Shown piece after piece: positions 1 through 17,054 of a DNA stretch of 64,000 nucleotides. Numbering within the stretch: position 1 is the stretch's first letter; every line of letters begins with the position of its first letter. The position numbers were made by a program, and so were the translations under genes. Source of the DNA: the human T2T-CHM13v2.0 reference genome, Homo sapiens; the NCBI RefSeq assembly GCF_009914755.1, contig NC_060925.1. One strand, written 5' to 3'. The notes below the pieces were generated by a model. It was not told the DNA's origin and did not search any database. It saw nothing but the letters and a program-made list of their open reading frames with translations.

Positions 1-1720
1 CCGCCCTTTATTGACCACAGCCCAACCCCAAGAACAAAATGAAGAGGAGTGCAGTGCTGCCCTGGGCCCCTGGTGATCCCAGGACCGCCTCTCCCAAGGG
101 CTCTATGCACGGTAGAGAAGCCTACAGCACTGCATCTTGGGGTCTAGGTCTCCTCCTCCCTTTCTGTCCCTCTTCCCAGCCCTTTGTCTTCTGCGGGTAA
201 CTAAAGATCCCTGAGAACCTCCATGGCTCTGGGGGCAGGAGCCCTCTCCACTGTGCAAGCAGTGGGCTGCTGATTAGCGCAGGGAATAAATAACAGCAAA
301 CTAATTATCTCCCTGATTGCGGCTTGCCTCGCTAACACGGCTGGGCTGGGGTGGTGATGCGGCAGTTGAAACTATTCCAAGCATGCTTCTGGGTTCAGGG
401 AAATTTCCATGTGTTTCCAGCCTGGAGACACTTTCCCTTCCCAGATGCTCTGGAGTTCTAAGTGGAGATGTTCCCACTCCTGCTTCACTTTGGAATTGAG
501 AGACTCACCCCAGACAGAATGTTTGTGTCTGTCCCTAGTGGGTGACGGGAGCTGGCTTCTCAGAGAAGCAGGGGAAGGCTTTCAGGGAGGACAGGGGTTG
601 GCCAAGGGCATGGAGAGATGAATCCTCAGGGACCACATACTCCAGCACTTAGCTTCCTAATTACATCTGCTACTCCAACTCCTTGAACTGAGTGCTTCCT
701 ATCAGGCCTTCAAGCAAGAGTAGAAAATACAAAGAGCACTGGAGAGCACTGGTCCGGGACTTTAGTCCTACCGTGACTGCCTCTGTGACTTTGGACATAG
801 TCCTTAATCACTCAGGCCCTTCATTCCCTCTTTATGAAATGAGAGAGTTAGGCATCATGACCTCGGAGCTTTGCCCAGCTCTAGAAAAAGCTCTAGAGTC
901 AGCTTTGTGACTCTAGCTCTGAAACTGGACTGCAGTGTTCTCTTGGAGTCCCAGGCTTGGAAAGCGCCCGACACCTCTTGTGGCCACATCTTCAGGTTTT
1001 CCTTTCCCCCATATTATTGCATTGTTTCCCATCTTCCCTCGCACTTTACCTGACTTCTCTACTCTCTTGGTCTTGAAAACTTGTCGTGCCTGGAGGGAGA
1101 AGGGTGAAGGACATCCTCTTCAGGAAGATGTTAGTTTCCAGCAGCCTGGGACGTGCTAAATTGCTGAACAAGTAGTTATTAGCCTGTGAAAAGACAAGAT
1201 GTGGGGGTGTCTTTTCCCGGGAGTGGTAACTGTTGCTAGTCTACTGAGTATAGAGGAAGAATCTACTTGCCTCCTAGGCATTTTGGCCCATCCCCAGACT
1301 ATGGGCCCTGCCACCACCTGCACGTCAATTGCAGAGTCCACTTGTAGGAAATTGAAGGGCTGTCTTCGTTTGCTGGTGAGACTCATCTCTATAGGCTTGG
1401 TAAGCTGTCTTCTGCTGGAGGTCAGATGTTAGACAAACCAGGTATTTTCATCTGATAAAGATAAATCCATGAAAAAGCAAACCTAGGTCACAGGTCCCTT
1501 AGGAAAGGGAAAGGGAGAAAAGATAGGGCTAATGTTATACTTGGGCTAAAGAGGAAAATATTGCTTGTGGAAAGATAGGGTAACAGCCTCCCAAAGTACT
1601 AAGTTCATGCTACCTGGTCTGATCGGATGGGAAGAGATCTCATGTAAGAATCAGAAGGTCACATTCAACATTATGCTTTGTAACTTCTAAAGGGTAAACT
1701 TGGACAATTCATTTACTTTT

Positions 1721-2165
1721 TGCATTGGTTAGGGTGAGCTGACTTATGTGATGAATAACCCCCAGGTCTCTGACTTACCTCAATGGAAGTTAACGTCTCC
1801 CTCGCATAACAGTTTAATGCAGGTGTTCACTTGATGGCCTCCCACCGGATGATTCAGAGACCCAGAACGATCCACCTTGTGGCTCTGATCACTGTTACAG
1901 GTTTTGGAATCCTCTATTGGAGGATTCTGTATTCCCTGTTTCCAGTCAGCAGACGGGGTAGAGACAGGAAGCATGCAGGATTGTGTGGAAGGTTTTATGG
2001 ACCAGCTCTGGAAGTGGCATTAATCATTTCTGCCATATTCCACTGGCCAGAACTCTGTCATATGACCACACCTGACTACAAGGGAGGCTAGGAAATGTAG
2101 TCAGGCTATGCACCTAGGAGGTAAAAGGAAACGGTTTCATAAAAAACCAATCAATCAGTCTGTGA
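1721..2165 (-). mobile_element. MLT1-type (ERVL-MaLR) solo LTR
   Basis: ccactggccagaactctgtcatatgaccacacctgactacaagggaggctaggaaatgtagtc is typical of MLT1J/K/L; orientation tentative. Confidence 0.65.
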
Positions 2166-2293
2166 CACATATTATTTGAAGTTTCTGTTCCTAAACTTAT
2201 CCATTGGGCAAAGGGCCTCTACTTCATCATCTAAATTAGCGTGAATATAAGTTAGGAAAACAGATTTTGAGAGAGCTTAAAAAATTTATAATG

Positions 2294-2332
2294 TATATAT
2301 ATACATATATATATATACACACATACACATGC
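2294..2332. repeat. (TA)n(CA)n microsatellite
   Basis: Read directly. Confidence 0.85.
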
Positions 2333-3304
2333 ACATAATGTGTTTCTCAGATTAATCTAGAATTAACTTCATAAATACTGTCTCTCTTACTCTATTAGAA
2401 ACACTATATGCTCTATTATTGAAACAAACATATTTGGGTTATAAGACGAGCGTCTCTAAATGACAGTTGGAGTTCAATTCAGTGTGTGAATAAATACTCT
2501 GCAATAAATTAAATCCTTAAAAATTATATAATGTGTCCTTTCTCTCCCCTTTCCTTTGATCTGGATTAAGGATTCAGCCAGCACAGATGGTGTGGTCAGT
2601 GTGGCTGGAGCCAAGATTTGGCTGGTTCAACCAGCATGTGTGGTGAGTTTGAGGCAGAGAGGGTGGCCTGTGTGGTTAGGAGATTGATTACAAACAGAGG
2701 AACTGAGCACACACATAGTAGGTTAAGGATGATGGGAGCTATATTTCTCATAGTTAGTGACAGGAGTTATGTATGTGGAAAGAGAATAAACCCTGTGGTA
2801 TTCAATCAGAATTGGGGTAATTAATTTGAACTCATGATTTTAATATATGTAAATGTGTGTGTGTACATATCTAACCTAGTCCCATGTATACAAATGAGGG
2901 AACTCATTTATGTGCCCTCTCTGAACGATACTAGAAGCAATGATGCCCCAACGGCAGCGAGCACACCAAGCACCCAGATTTTGGCTTCTAAATGCTATTT
3001 TCTACTTAGAAAACAAACAAACAAAACAAACAAACAAAAAAAAACCTCCACCAGGACTGATCAGCCTAGAAATTACTAGATGAGCTGGGAATATCTTGTG
3101 CTAGAAAGTGAGGAAGTGCTCAGATAATGACAGAAACACATGGAAAGGATGGGGAATCCAACTTGAAGGGGCATGCACAGGCCAAATCTGAGACAATTTA
3201 GGCATCAAAATAAATAATTTTGGTATCAGGTTACAACTAAAATACGGTAAAATAGGAATGAATGAATAAATAAATAAATAAATGGGGAGAGAGAGCAGGC
3301 TTTA

Positions 3305-3783
<479 letters not shown>

Positions 3784-3841
3784 TTACACAATCTTAGTGT
3801 CTCCCCACAAGTACTTGATTGATGAGTACACAATACTATTA

Positions 3842-4331
<490 letters not shown>

Positions 4332-4538
4332 TCATAAGGAAACATCAGCCCAACCCCAATTGAGGGATATTCTACAAAGTTTCCAGGCTGGATTCTTCAA
4401 AAATATTAAGTTCAAGACAAGGAAAGATAGGAAATGTTCCAGACTGAAGAAGACTAAAAAGACGTGACAACTAAATAGAACACATGATCCTGGATTAATG
4501 CCTAGACCTAAAAACAATGTTACTAGAATTATCAGTGA

Positions 4539-4835
4539 GGCCAGCACAGTGGCTTATACCTGTAATCTCAGTACTTTGGGAGGCTGAGGTGGGTGGATCA
4601 CTTGAGGCCGGGAGTTTGAGACTAGCCTAGGTAACAGCGAGACTTCATCTCTACAAAAAATACAAAAAAACTAGCCAGTCATGGTGGTGTGCACCTGAAG
4701 TGACAGCTACTCAGGGGATTGAGGTGGGAGGATCGTTTGAGCCTGGGAGGTCAAGGCTGTAGTGAGCCATGATCATGTCACTGCATTTCAGCATGGGCAA
4801 CAGAGTAAGACCCTGTCTCCAAAAGAAAAAAAAAA
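4539..4835 (+). mobile_element. AluJ
   Basis: Diverged full Alu with J-type right arm (ggaggtcaaggctgtagtgagccatgatc). Confidence 0.9.
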
Positions 4836-5023
4836 GGATTAGTGAAATTTGAATGGGGTCTCTGGATTAGCCAGCAGTTCTGTGTCAATGTTACTTTACT
4901 GATTGAGATGTTGTACTTTGGTTATGTAGGAGAACGTCCTTGTTTTTGGTAAATACACACTGAAGTGTTAAGGGGTAATAGGGCATCATGTCTATAGTGT
5001 ACTTGCCAATGGATCAGAGATTA

Positions 5024-5553
<530 letters not shown>

Positions 5554-7935
5554 TTATAAGAGTTGGAAGTTAACAAGAGGTCAGAAGCAGCAAAGCATCA
5601 TAGAAGGTGAACAGGATTTGGAATAAATGACATGGATTCGGTCCTAATTTTGTTACTTATTAGCTGGATGATCTGCAAGAAAGCGTTTCACCTTTCTGAG
5701 CCTGACGATAGTAATAATCTCACAAGAGTGCTGTGTGGCTTAAATTATTAAATAATGTATGTGATGGTGCTTATTAAAAACACTATTGCAAATATAAATC
5801 ATTAGTAGTATCTCCCTTCTCCCAGAAAACTACAACTAATGAATGTAAAACTGTCCCTTCAGTCCCCACATCTCTTTCAGTTCTTCATTCAGCTGCCATT
5901 TCAGAGAGATGTAAGAACTTGCTTATAGACTGAGAATGGAAGAGGCCGGCACCTAGGAAGAGGCACAGTTGACGGCGAAGCCACCAGGGATGGCCACAGT
6001 GCATGCATCTGTGTCCATGTGTGCTCATGTGTGTGCGCACACACATCCTGGAAGCCTCGGTTTCAGGCGTCTTCTCTGTGAGCAGAGACCCTGTGGGGAT
6101 GGATGCATGCTATTATAGATTCATAAACATCTGCTCGTGTGGCCTGGGTAGTCCCTTCTAGAAGGAAAGCCCCTTTGCTTCTGTCACTCCTGACAAAAAT
6201 ACTTGCGTACACAGCATTATGATACATACCATTCTCTAGCAACTTCGGAATCAGGGTCCTAATGCCACACACTGCAGATGAGCTGATAGAGAGCAGTGAT
6301 GAGAATCAGACCTGCTTGTGCACTTTCCGAAGACTTTCATCCACATTCTCTCACACGAGCCTTAGAGCGACAGCAGCCTGTGAGGCAAACATTGCTCTCT
6401 GCATTGCTCATGGATCAGGACTTGCCCATCCTCAGAGCTAATAAATGGCACCAACGGGACATAAAGTCAGGACTTTCACGATGCCCCTCCATCCCATGGA
6501 CATTTTGACACAGGATATGGTTTGTCACGGCACCTCCCTCACCTCCCTTTCCAGGGCCCTTTTCCTCTGCCTCTGGGTTCTGTTTCCTGTGTCCTTGGCT
6601 CCTCAGGGCTCTCCTCTCCTATGTCAGCCACACTGATCTCCACTCCCAGATTTCTGGTCCGTGAAGCACCCTATGCTAGGATTGCCTCTCCGGACTGTCC
6701 AACAACTCCTTCCCCTCTGCCCCCACATTCTAGCTGGAGCCACAGGGGTTTGGCATCTTAGCCCCTGTTCTGGAGCCAAGAGAGAAGAAAACAAGGAAGA
6801 GGCTACCCAGCCCATGGCCTCGGAAAGCTGGCCCTGGGAACTCACTTGAGTGCCCTCTCTATCTCCAGTCCGGTTGCCATGTCATCTTCTAGCCCAGGCA
6901 CACGTTCCCTTTCCTCACAATGCCAGCAGCAAGAGCAGTACTTGGTTTCTTCCAACTCACTCTACCCCTGTGAATCAGGCCTGAGGAAGTTCCAGCAATG
7001 CCAAGTTACCATTAGGCTCCTTCTGCTCTAAGCACCTCTTGGATCCAGACAGACAGATGGATCAACATCAGGCACAGCAGAGCCCAGGGGTCTCTGCTCC
7101 ATGCTTTGGGTAGCAGCTGCTCCTAAACTGACAGGCTCACCCGAGAGGAGCCTACTTCTGGTGGCAGTGGTGTGCCCGATGCGCATTCTGATGGCCCCAG
7201 CTGTCTTCACTGTTCCGAGAGTCCTGAGGAAGAGAGTGCACCCTGGGCTTGTGAGGAGTGTTTGTTGGGTTTGCTGAGCATGTTAAATGAGTCAAGGGTG
7301 ATCCACTAGACCTTAATCAGTGGCTTTCAGAACTTGGAGCCGAAGCCCTGTGGTGGAATGGAACCAACGCTGACTATCTGGAATTTGGGAAACCTCATCT
7401 GAAACCTGCCTCTAACCAGCTGGATGTCCCTGAGCAAATCCTTCTGCTCCCTAGGACACAGCTTCCTCATCTGTAACATGAGGAATACGCTGTGCTGCTG
7501 TAAGGGCCCTTCTGCCCTTTGTACACCTCTGGATGTATGAGTCTACCAGCTCTTCAGGGCAGGGGCTGGACCTGGGCCTGGGCCTAGAAAGAGCTCACAT
7601 CTGGAATTCAGGCCTTCTGACCTCTGTGTTCTATTCACCACTGATTCTGGGAATGGAGGCCATGGTGGGAAGTCTGGGGAGCGGCCGGTGCTATGCATAG
7701 CCTGGCCTCTGTCCAGTGGGTAGGAAACTGCCCAGGAACCCAGCAGCTAGCTGGACCCAATAGGACTTCCAGTGATTGGTGCTGTTCCCATGGTGGTGCT
7801 GGAGGGTGAGGGTGCAGGGCTGGAGAGTGGAGGTAGGATGGAAGGGAGCCCGGCAGTCCCCACACCTCTCCTGGAGAGTGAAGCCTCCACCAGCGGCCTG
7901 AGGACATGTGCCCAGGACACCTTGGAGCTACATTA

Positions 7936-8370
<435 letters not shown>

Positions 8371-11300
8371 TCAGCCAGGCATAGCAGAGCTTAAGGCTTA
8401 TTAGAGCTTGCTTTCTCCCTCTGTAAAATGAGGAGTGAGGCTCGAGCTATTTTGGAGGTCTTTTCTAGCCTTCACACTTTATAACCCTGTAAGTAAGAAT
8501 CCAGCTCATTAGGTACTACTGAACTCCCCTCTGACAGCAGTCTTCTCTGCTGTCCTCCTTCTCCCTCCACACGGCAGGTCAGACCGTGTGGAGAGCCTTG
8601 CCCCTGCTCAGGTGCTGCCCAGCTAAGCTGCTGCTTGCCCAGGCCCGGGACAGGGAGCGGGAGAAAGACAGAACTATTGTCTCTTCCCTACCTCCTTCCA
8701 GTATCCCACACTCCCCAAGGGCCAGAGGATCCCCTGCCATCTCTCCACCCCACAGGAAACCAAACCCGGCAGAGCCCAGGGGCACAGAGAGGTGGGCCCA
8801 GGGCCAACAGAAACAGCTGCCTTAAGGTGTCATCTTGCCATGGGGGTGGAGAGGAGCTGCACTTTTGAGGTCCCCTCTGAGACCAGCTAGGTAATTTGAG
8901 CCTCTTTCTTGCCCTTCTTAATTCTCTGAGAGAAGGCTCCGAGGGTCCCTTCCAGCCAGGTCAGGGCCAGCCCAGAAGCCATGAGTCCATCTCTCTGGGC
9001 TCCAGGATTGAAGGAGTAGAGCTTTTGTGTGTGAACTCCAAGGAGCTCAGCTAGCGTAGCAGCGCTGGAGAGAAGCACAGCCAGAGTGCCAGAGAAGGCA
9101 GCCACTAGGCTGCTTTCCCCTAGACAGACGGGGTATTGATCCTGCTTGCACGCCACCCCCCTCTCCCCAACACTCTCCACTTCATGGCGCAGCTAATGGC
9201 CTGGAAAAAACTGGCCAGCTGTTCCCCAGCTGTGACATAATGAGCTCAGGGACGATCAATGCCGTTCCGGTCTCTAATTAGGCCAGGGAGCTGGCTGCAG
9301 CGAGAGTGCGGCCTGTTTCTTGAGGGCACCACTTCTACTCCAGTCCCCAGCTGCTGTCTGTTGGCAGCCACCTGGGCCCATGCATCTACGTACCAGAGGA
9401 GCAGACAGGGCCCTCCAGCGGCCCTTGGGAGGGTCATTTGACCCAGAGCTCCTTTTCCAGCAGCAGAAGTAGCGACTTCATACGCACATTAGGTGGGGAG
9501 CCTGGCCTGCACGTGAAGCTCAGGACTCCCTCCAGCTGCGGTAGCACCCCTCTCTCTGCCTGGGTCTGTCACTCATCCAGTGGCCTTCAACTGCAACCCT
9601 CCAACTCCCTACCCCTGAAGCCCTGCCCAGGACCCTTCCCACTACTGGTCCTGAATGCTAAGCCCAGGACTGCAAGGAAGAGGCTGGTAGCACAATTGGC
9701 TTCTAGCCCAGCCTCCCTCTGCTATTTATACCCTCAGTCCAGGGAGAGATGGATCCGATACTCAGTGTATGCACTGCAGAGGAGGAAGTGAAGATGGAGA
9801 GAGAGATGGAAAGCGAAGGGGGAAAGGTGTACACTGAGGCAAAGAAACAGAGAGGTCAAGGAGCAGAGGCCCACGGCCAAGAGGCTCCAGGACTCAGAGA
9901 GTTCTGAGAACAGGATGCAGAGAGCAGACGACAGATCAAAGAAGAGAAACCAAATAAGGGAGACAGGAAAAGTGAGAAAATGGGGCCATCAAGGAAGAAA
10001 GGAGATGAGATAGAAGAACCAGGACACACCCTGTGCTTGTGGGGGTCAGGCCCCAGGTGCTGGATCAGATGTCTGATCAGGGAAGCGGAGGTGCTGGACA
10101 CACACTGTCCAGGGGCCTGGTGTGAAATTACAGGAGTTGGGAGAGAGTGCCTCAGAGGCACAGGAGCAGGGCTATGTGGGTGTGAGCAGAGGCTGGTCTG
10201 GAGGGACAGGGCTGGGCAGGACAGGCTAGGGATAGGAAGGCCAGGCAGGGATCCCCTCCTAGAACTGTGGCTGTGGGTTCCGCTCTCTGTGGGTGGAGGT
10301 TCAGGTTCAGGCAGGGAGCTAGAAGCAGGTGTCAGCAATGCGGGGAGGAGAGAAGGGGACTGTTGTGGGGATTTGGGAGTAAGGAGGGCCGGAAGGGAGG
10401 GACGTCTAGGCTTCCTGCAGCCTCTACTTCAAGGAAGCTCAACATAGCTCCACGGCCTGGGACAGGGCATTCTTCAGCCAGCTTCCAGCCATCCTGCCAT
10501 TCACACAATCACACAAATCAGTCAGATGGAGCCCCTGAGAGGGGTCTTCCTGAGATCCAGCTGACCCTGGTCATTCCTTTCTCAGTCTTTTCCCAGTCCT
10601 AGGACTGCACCTCTTCATGACTGTGGTTTCCAGAATAATGGCCTGGTTTGTAGAGATCAGAAATGCCCACTGCTGTTTCCTGTATCCCTCCACCCACCCA
10701 GACTGAGCCTCTGAAGCTGTCCGGGGCCTGGAGAGAGAAGCCACTCAAGGACAGCAGCTGCTGACTCAGACGCTCAAATTCTCGGGCGGAAAAGGACCTT
10801 AGAGAATGCCTAAAATCGTGGCCCAATCCCTCATTGGAAGCTGGGGCTCCGAAAAGCCGGGGCTCCGAAAAGCTGGGAGAGCAGCCCAAAGCGTACTGCC
10901 CACTAAATGTGGATGCACGCTGGACCGCCGGTTCAGGCCTCCTTCTGGGACACCAGTCGGCCCATCTCTTCCTCATAAGCTCTTAGGAGTAGGAGGGATT
11001 TTATTTAACGAGCCAGGGCCCTCTCGCCTGGTCCTCCCAGCCGACTGTGATGGTGTAAAAAGGTCAGAGTCCACAGGACCACCATAGGACCACGGTCTCC
11101 AGGAGGGAGAAGGCAGGTGGCGGTTGGGCGGGGAGAAGCCTGTCACCGGGGACTGCAGTCAACTCTTTGCAGCTCTGTGGCCAACACTGCCCCCTTGTGG
11201 TTTCTGGCTGTCAAGGCAGTCTGGGGGCCGGAAATGGAGAGGCTTGGGTCCTCTTTCCCACCCAGGACCTCACCCTCTAGGAACCCCTGCCTCGTGCGAT

Positions 11301-12263
11301 GCTGATTTACATCCTCCAGGGATACCCCTCCAGGGGAGGCCATCCAGGAGACTGAGCTTCCACTTGCCATTCTGCAGTAGGGTCCCCAGGCATGTGGGTG
11401 AGGGCTGACCACCTCCCGGGCGCCCAGAAACCCCAGGGGCCACTCACAAGCTATCTCTGGATCCCCAAGGAGTCCCCCAGAGTTCTAGGTCTGGAAGTCT
11501 GTCCCTCCCTTCAACCAATGGGCATAAGAGTCGGGGGGTGCTATTTTTAGGTGGGGCAGGAACGCAGGGAGAGGACTTTGGAGGGAAGGAGATGTCTGGG
11601 AAAGAGGTCACAGGACCAGTATCATTGTGCTCAGTGGTGTCCAGCCTGGACAGGGAAGAGTCAGGTTCCCTTGGGCTCAGCAGGGGTTGGCTTGGCTGAG
11701 GATGAGATAGTTAGGGGCGACTGACCCAGAGACATAGAGCAGGGGTGCCCCCCAGAGTCAGACACCAGGCACTGCTGGGAGTGCTCTGTGGAGCTCTCAG
11801 TTGGGAAACCCAGCCCAGTTCTTTTTGTTTTCAGGCCAGGGCCAAAGAAGTAGGCCTTGAACTGGGCGTTCCAGGGTGGAAGGACCAGCCGATAGTCCAG
11901 ATGCCATGTCCTCTCAGGACAGGCTGGACAGCTTCTTATGATATCATTACTCTATAGGGAGAATTTCCTGGCACTCAAATTACCACTCCACCTTTTCCCC
12001 TCCTCTCCGAAGAATGGACATGGTCAGTCATGAGTACCTGGGCCAAAGATCCTCAGAGCCCCACCTAAGAAACATGAGAGTCATTTGATGCTGTATCACT
12101 TCATCTGTGACCTCCCCTTTCTCCTGAGTGCACTCTGTCACACATTCACATGCACTATCTCCTTGATGACCTATATGGATTTTTATTTCTCCCTCTGGGC
12201 CTGAATGACAAGGAAAATCCCTCGTCTCTGATTCAACCCCTTGCTCTGGAACTTGTGGGTTCA

Positions 12264-12881
<618 letters not shown>

Positions 12882-12940
12882 TTATGTTTCCCTGCTCAAG
12901 ACATTTTGCTATGTTGACTTCTCAGTCTGGCTTCTCAGCC

Positions 12941-12960
12941 TGGCTTGCAGGGGGCGCAGT
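12941..12960 (+). promoter_or_regulatory. CTCF-like motif
   Basis: TGGCTTGCAGGGGGCGCAGT; CAGGGGGCGC core intact, 2 mismatches at the 5' CCA. Confidence 0.35.
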
Positions 12961-15886
12961 CCCATAAATCTACCATAAATCTACCTTTCTATTCTCACTT
13001 CTTCCCTACAGCCAGATTATTTTTCAGTCAAATTGGAGAACTCACAGTGCCCTAATATTTCCTAAACTTGCTATTTCCATATTTTTGGTAGGCCTTCTTT
13101 TTCCATCTAGACTACTGTCCTCAGCCTCTTTCAGTTACTCACAGTTAAAATCCTACTCCTCCTTTAAGACCCGTGCCACTTCCTTCATGAAGTCTTCCTA
13201 GATTTCATGAGGAAGTAAGTTCACTTTTTCCTTTGAATCTCCCCAGCAATTTCACCATCCCTTGACACTTACAGCCTGCATTGTCCCCATCCTAGACATA
13301 AGCACCAAGAAGGCAAGTCTGTATTTGTTTAATCTTTGTAACCCTCTTCCTCACTTCCTATACAGAGCTTTGCATATAGTAGTTGCTCAATAAACATGTC
13401 TTGAATGGAGTGACATAGAGCCTGCAGTTTGGGCTGCTAGGAGCTGAAGGAGGTGGGAATAGGGTGCTCCCAGGCTTCAGGAGACCATAGGAATGTACTC
13501 AAAATGGGGAGACAAGGACAGTACAGAGGTAAGTGGGGTGTCTGGGCCTTCTCAGAACCTTGCTGGGGAGGAGGAGCTGAAGAAAACAGACAGCTGGGAG
13601 GTCCTAGGGATATGGTGGGTTGAGGAAGGGCCCCAGGAACCCAAATGTGCGCCATTAATGACAAGCTGAAAAAAGGAGCAGGACTCCGGAGGCTTGGGTT
13701 CTGGTTGCACCTCCTTTACCCTCTAGCTGTGTAGCCTAGCCCTGGGCAAGTTCCCTTTCCACTCTAGGCCTGTTCATCTGTAAAATCAGGAGTTAGACAC
13801 CTGACCTCCTGTGATCCTTTCAGCTTTGCTACTCTGGCCCTATGTCAAGCTTCTGAAGCAGGGTTGTGCTGAGCAGTGGGGATTTGTGTCTGCCTCCCCA
13901 GGCTTCAGCACCGGGGATGACCCCACCCAGGTCCTGGACAGTATTTCCCAGAGAAGGGGACAGAGCCCAAAGCCATGGGGAAGGAGGTACGTGGCCTGGG
14001 TAAGCTGCGTCCTGGCTTGGAGGATGTGAAAGAAGTTCCAGGGGGAGATAACTCCCCTCCAATTCAGAGCAATTAAAGTGCCAAGTTTTCAGGCCCCAGG
14101 GAAGGGTTTTGGGGAACTCCCCTTTCCATAACTGTGCTTCCCTGTCTTCTTCCTTGCCTCATCCCCATAGTATAGATCTGGGGTTTGAACCCCAGTTGCT
14201 CAACTGTGTGGCTCTGCAAAAGTCACTTAACCTCTCTAAGCCCCAGTGTCCATATCTGTAAATGGAATCATTGAGACTAACAGAGAAGATTGTGTAAGAC
14301 TACTCACACGAATACGCCTAGTGCTGTGCCTACTGCCAGAGCTCCCTTCCCGAGTCTGGAAAAGGACTGTTAGGGCAGATGGCCCCCAGGCCACAGGGCA
14401 AATGACTAATTCGCTTTGCCCATGCACTGGGTGTAGGGCAGGGCCTGTGGAGGGACAGGCTGATGATGGGAAGGTTGGATGGGAAGAACATGCAGAGGAT
14501 ATTACCCTGATTGCTAGTGAGGAAGGGCCACTCAACCTGTAGACCTATTTATTGTGTTATTAATAAATAGGAGACCCAGGAGCTCTCTGGGACTTTTCTG
14601 TGGGGTTCCAGCATTGAGCCCCTGCTGATGGACAGGAGGTGGGCAGCATGGGAAGGGCCCTGGTCCATAGCAGGCCTGGCCTAAACATGCACTGTGGGTG
14701 TTCCTGCCACTCTTTTGAGCCTGGTTCATCCGAGGCCCCCAGTTTCTAATCTGGTTGGGAAGGATTTATTTTTGGGTCCCTGTAACCTAGCAATGGGCTC
14801 ACATGACCAGTGGCAGCTGCAGGCTGAATATACCATTGGATCTCAGCTCCTGGCAGGGGGTGTAGGCCAGACAGTGGGGGAATAAAGAGAATGGAAGGGC
14901 TCTCACCTCTGCTTTCCTCTGCCTCCCTCCTCAGCCCCTTGGCCTGGCTCCCAGATGCTGGGCAGGGTGAGGTGAGTGCTTGGAAAGCAGGCATGGCTGG
15001 TGCTGGTACAGGGGGGCCCCAGGAAGCCAGGAACTGAGCTGTGGTGTGGAGGTCCCAGCTGTAAGCCTGCTGTCTGGTTGGCAGGGGCGGGGGGGTTGGG
15101 TGCCCATGCGGATGGAGGTGGATGCCAAGAGGACACAATGCCAGCAGCTTGGCGGGGGAGGCCTGGCTAGGGAGTAGGCGGCTGACAGGCAGTCTATGTT
15201 GTGGGATCTCAGGGACATCCCTGGTCGATGCTGGAATCCCAACGTTCTGCTTCTTCTCTTTGTTCCCTGTTAAATTGTTAATATTCCTGGGAAAGAACAC
15301 ATTAAGTTGCTATCAGTGCAAATGGGTTTATCAACCTCTTTCCTGAGAGCAGATTCTGACACAAGGCAGAGAAGGAGGGTAGTGGGTGCCACTGAGCAGG
15401 CAAGGGGCTCTAGGGAGGGGGCAGTGGCAACATAAGAAGTCTTCAATGTTTATTGAAGAAGTGGATGGATGAATGAAAGATAAACTTGATTGGCTTCCAG
15501 GTCTCATCCTGGGGCAGAAAAGGGTGGATGGGCAGACACGACCCTGTCACGAGGTGCTGGTGCACAAGGGTTGGGTAAAACTGTACCAGGGAGCAAGTCT
15601 AGGATGCAAAGATCAGTCCTCAGCAGCAAGGGCCCTGCCATGATACCAAGGGAAGGGGTGCCACTGTTGGAAACAGGGCCTGGTCCCCGTCCTGTAACAG
15701 GATTCCCTTCCTGGGTGTGTGCACAGCATAGTGAGCCATGGATCTCTTATGTGGTTTGGGGGATCACACTCAGTTTCTCCATCTTGGTCTTCTTGCCCCC
15801 TCCATTGTGCTAAGCTTTACTAAAAGGAGGGACTGGCAGGTGGGGTTGGGGGTGTGCTGTCAGTAGCTACTCCACACCCTGACTGA

Positions 15887-16267
<381 letters not shown>

Positions 16268-17054
16268 AGCATGATTATTATTATTATTTATTATTTGCCC
16301 ACAGGCTAGAATAAGCAGTTCCCCCGCCGACCTCCTGAGCCAAGATGGTTCCAACAGCTGGAACATGCTGCCTCTTTGGTACTGCCTTTCCCAATAGCTC
16401 TCTGGGAGGGGCTTCAGGACACGGACGCCTTGCCTGCTGGCCACCACATGAGCTGTGATTACCTGTGCTAGCTCCCTGAAGCTGGAGAGGCAGGCTATGT
16501 TTGTTTTGCAGGCTCCCTACCACTATTAGATAAGCTTGGAAGTGAAGAATTTTGCCCATTTTCACAGACAGCCAACTCACAGGCCAAGGTCTTACCACCA
16601 ACCAATAGAATGGCGCCAAACTGGAACCAAGGTTTTCTGACTCCAGTCTAGCGCTCTTTCTAAAATCCTGTTCCAGTGGGCCCAGGTCTGCTCCAGTTCT
16701 TATTGAATCCCTCGGAAGGGGCCATGCCAGTCTGGGCTGGGGCCCTGCAGGAAGAATGTGGGTGCTGAGCAGGGACAGGCTTTACCTAATCCCAGACAAT
16801 CTGCTTGATGCCAAATTAATCTTGCCAACACAACAGCACAGGGCTTCCTAAAAATCACTTTGCTGTCTACAGGTTTTCAATTTGGTATTTCCATTTGAAT
16901 TTCTTGTACGCAGGTATGCCTAATTTTGAGGTCTGTTTTAGGCTTTCTGGAAGGCAGTGACTACTTCTATGAAGATAGCTTTTAGGGCTGTAGTCCACAG
17001 TCTTGTGTCAGGCCACTGGAGAGGCCACGGAACGAAGGGAGAAGGAGGAGGAAA

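Noticed and set aside
9856-11412. Overlapping 90-160 aa ORFs on both strands
   Set aside because: GC-rich low-complexity frames with no recognisable domain or exon chain.
14746-15300. 184-aa Pro-rich minus-strand ORF
   Set aside because: Non-ATG start, compositional bias, no recognisable homology.
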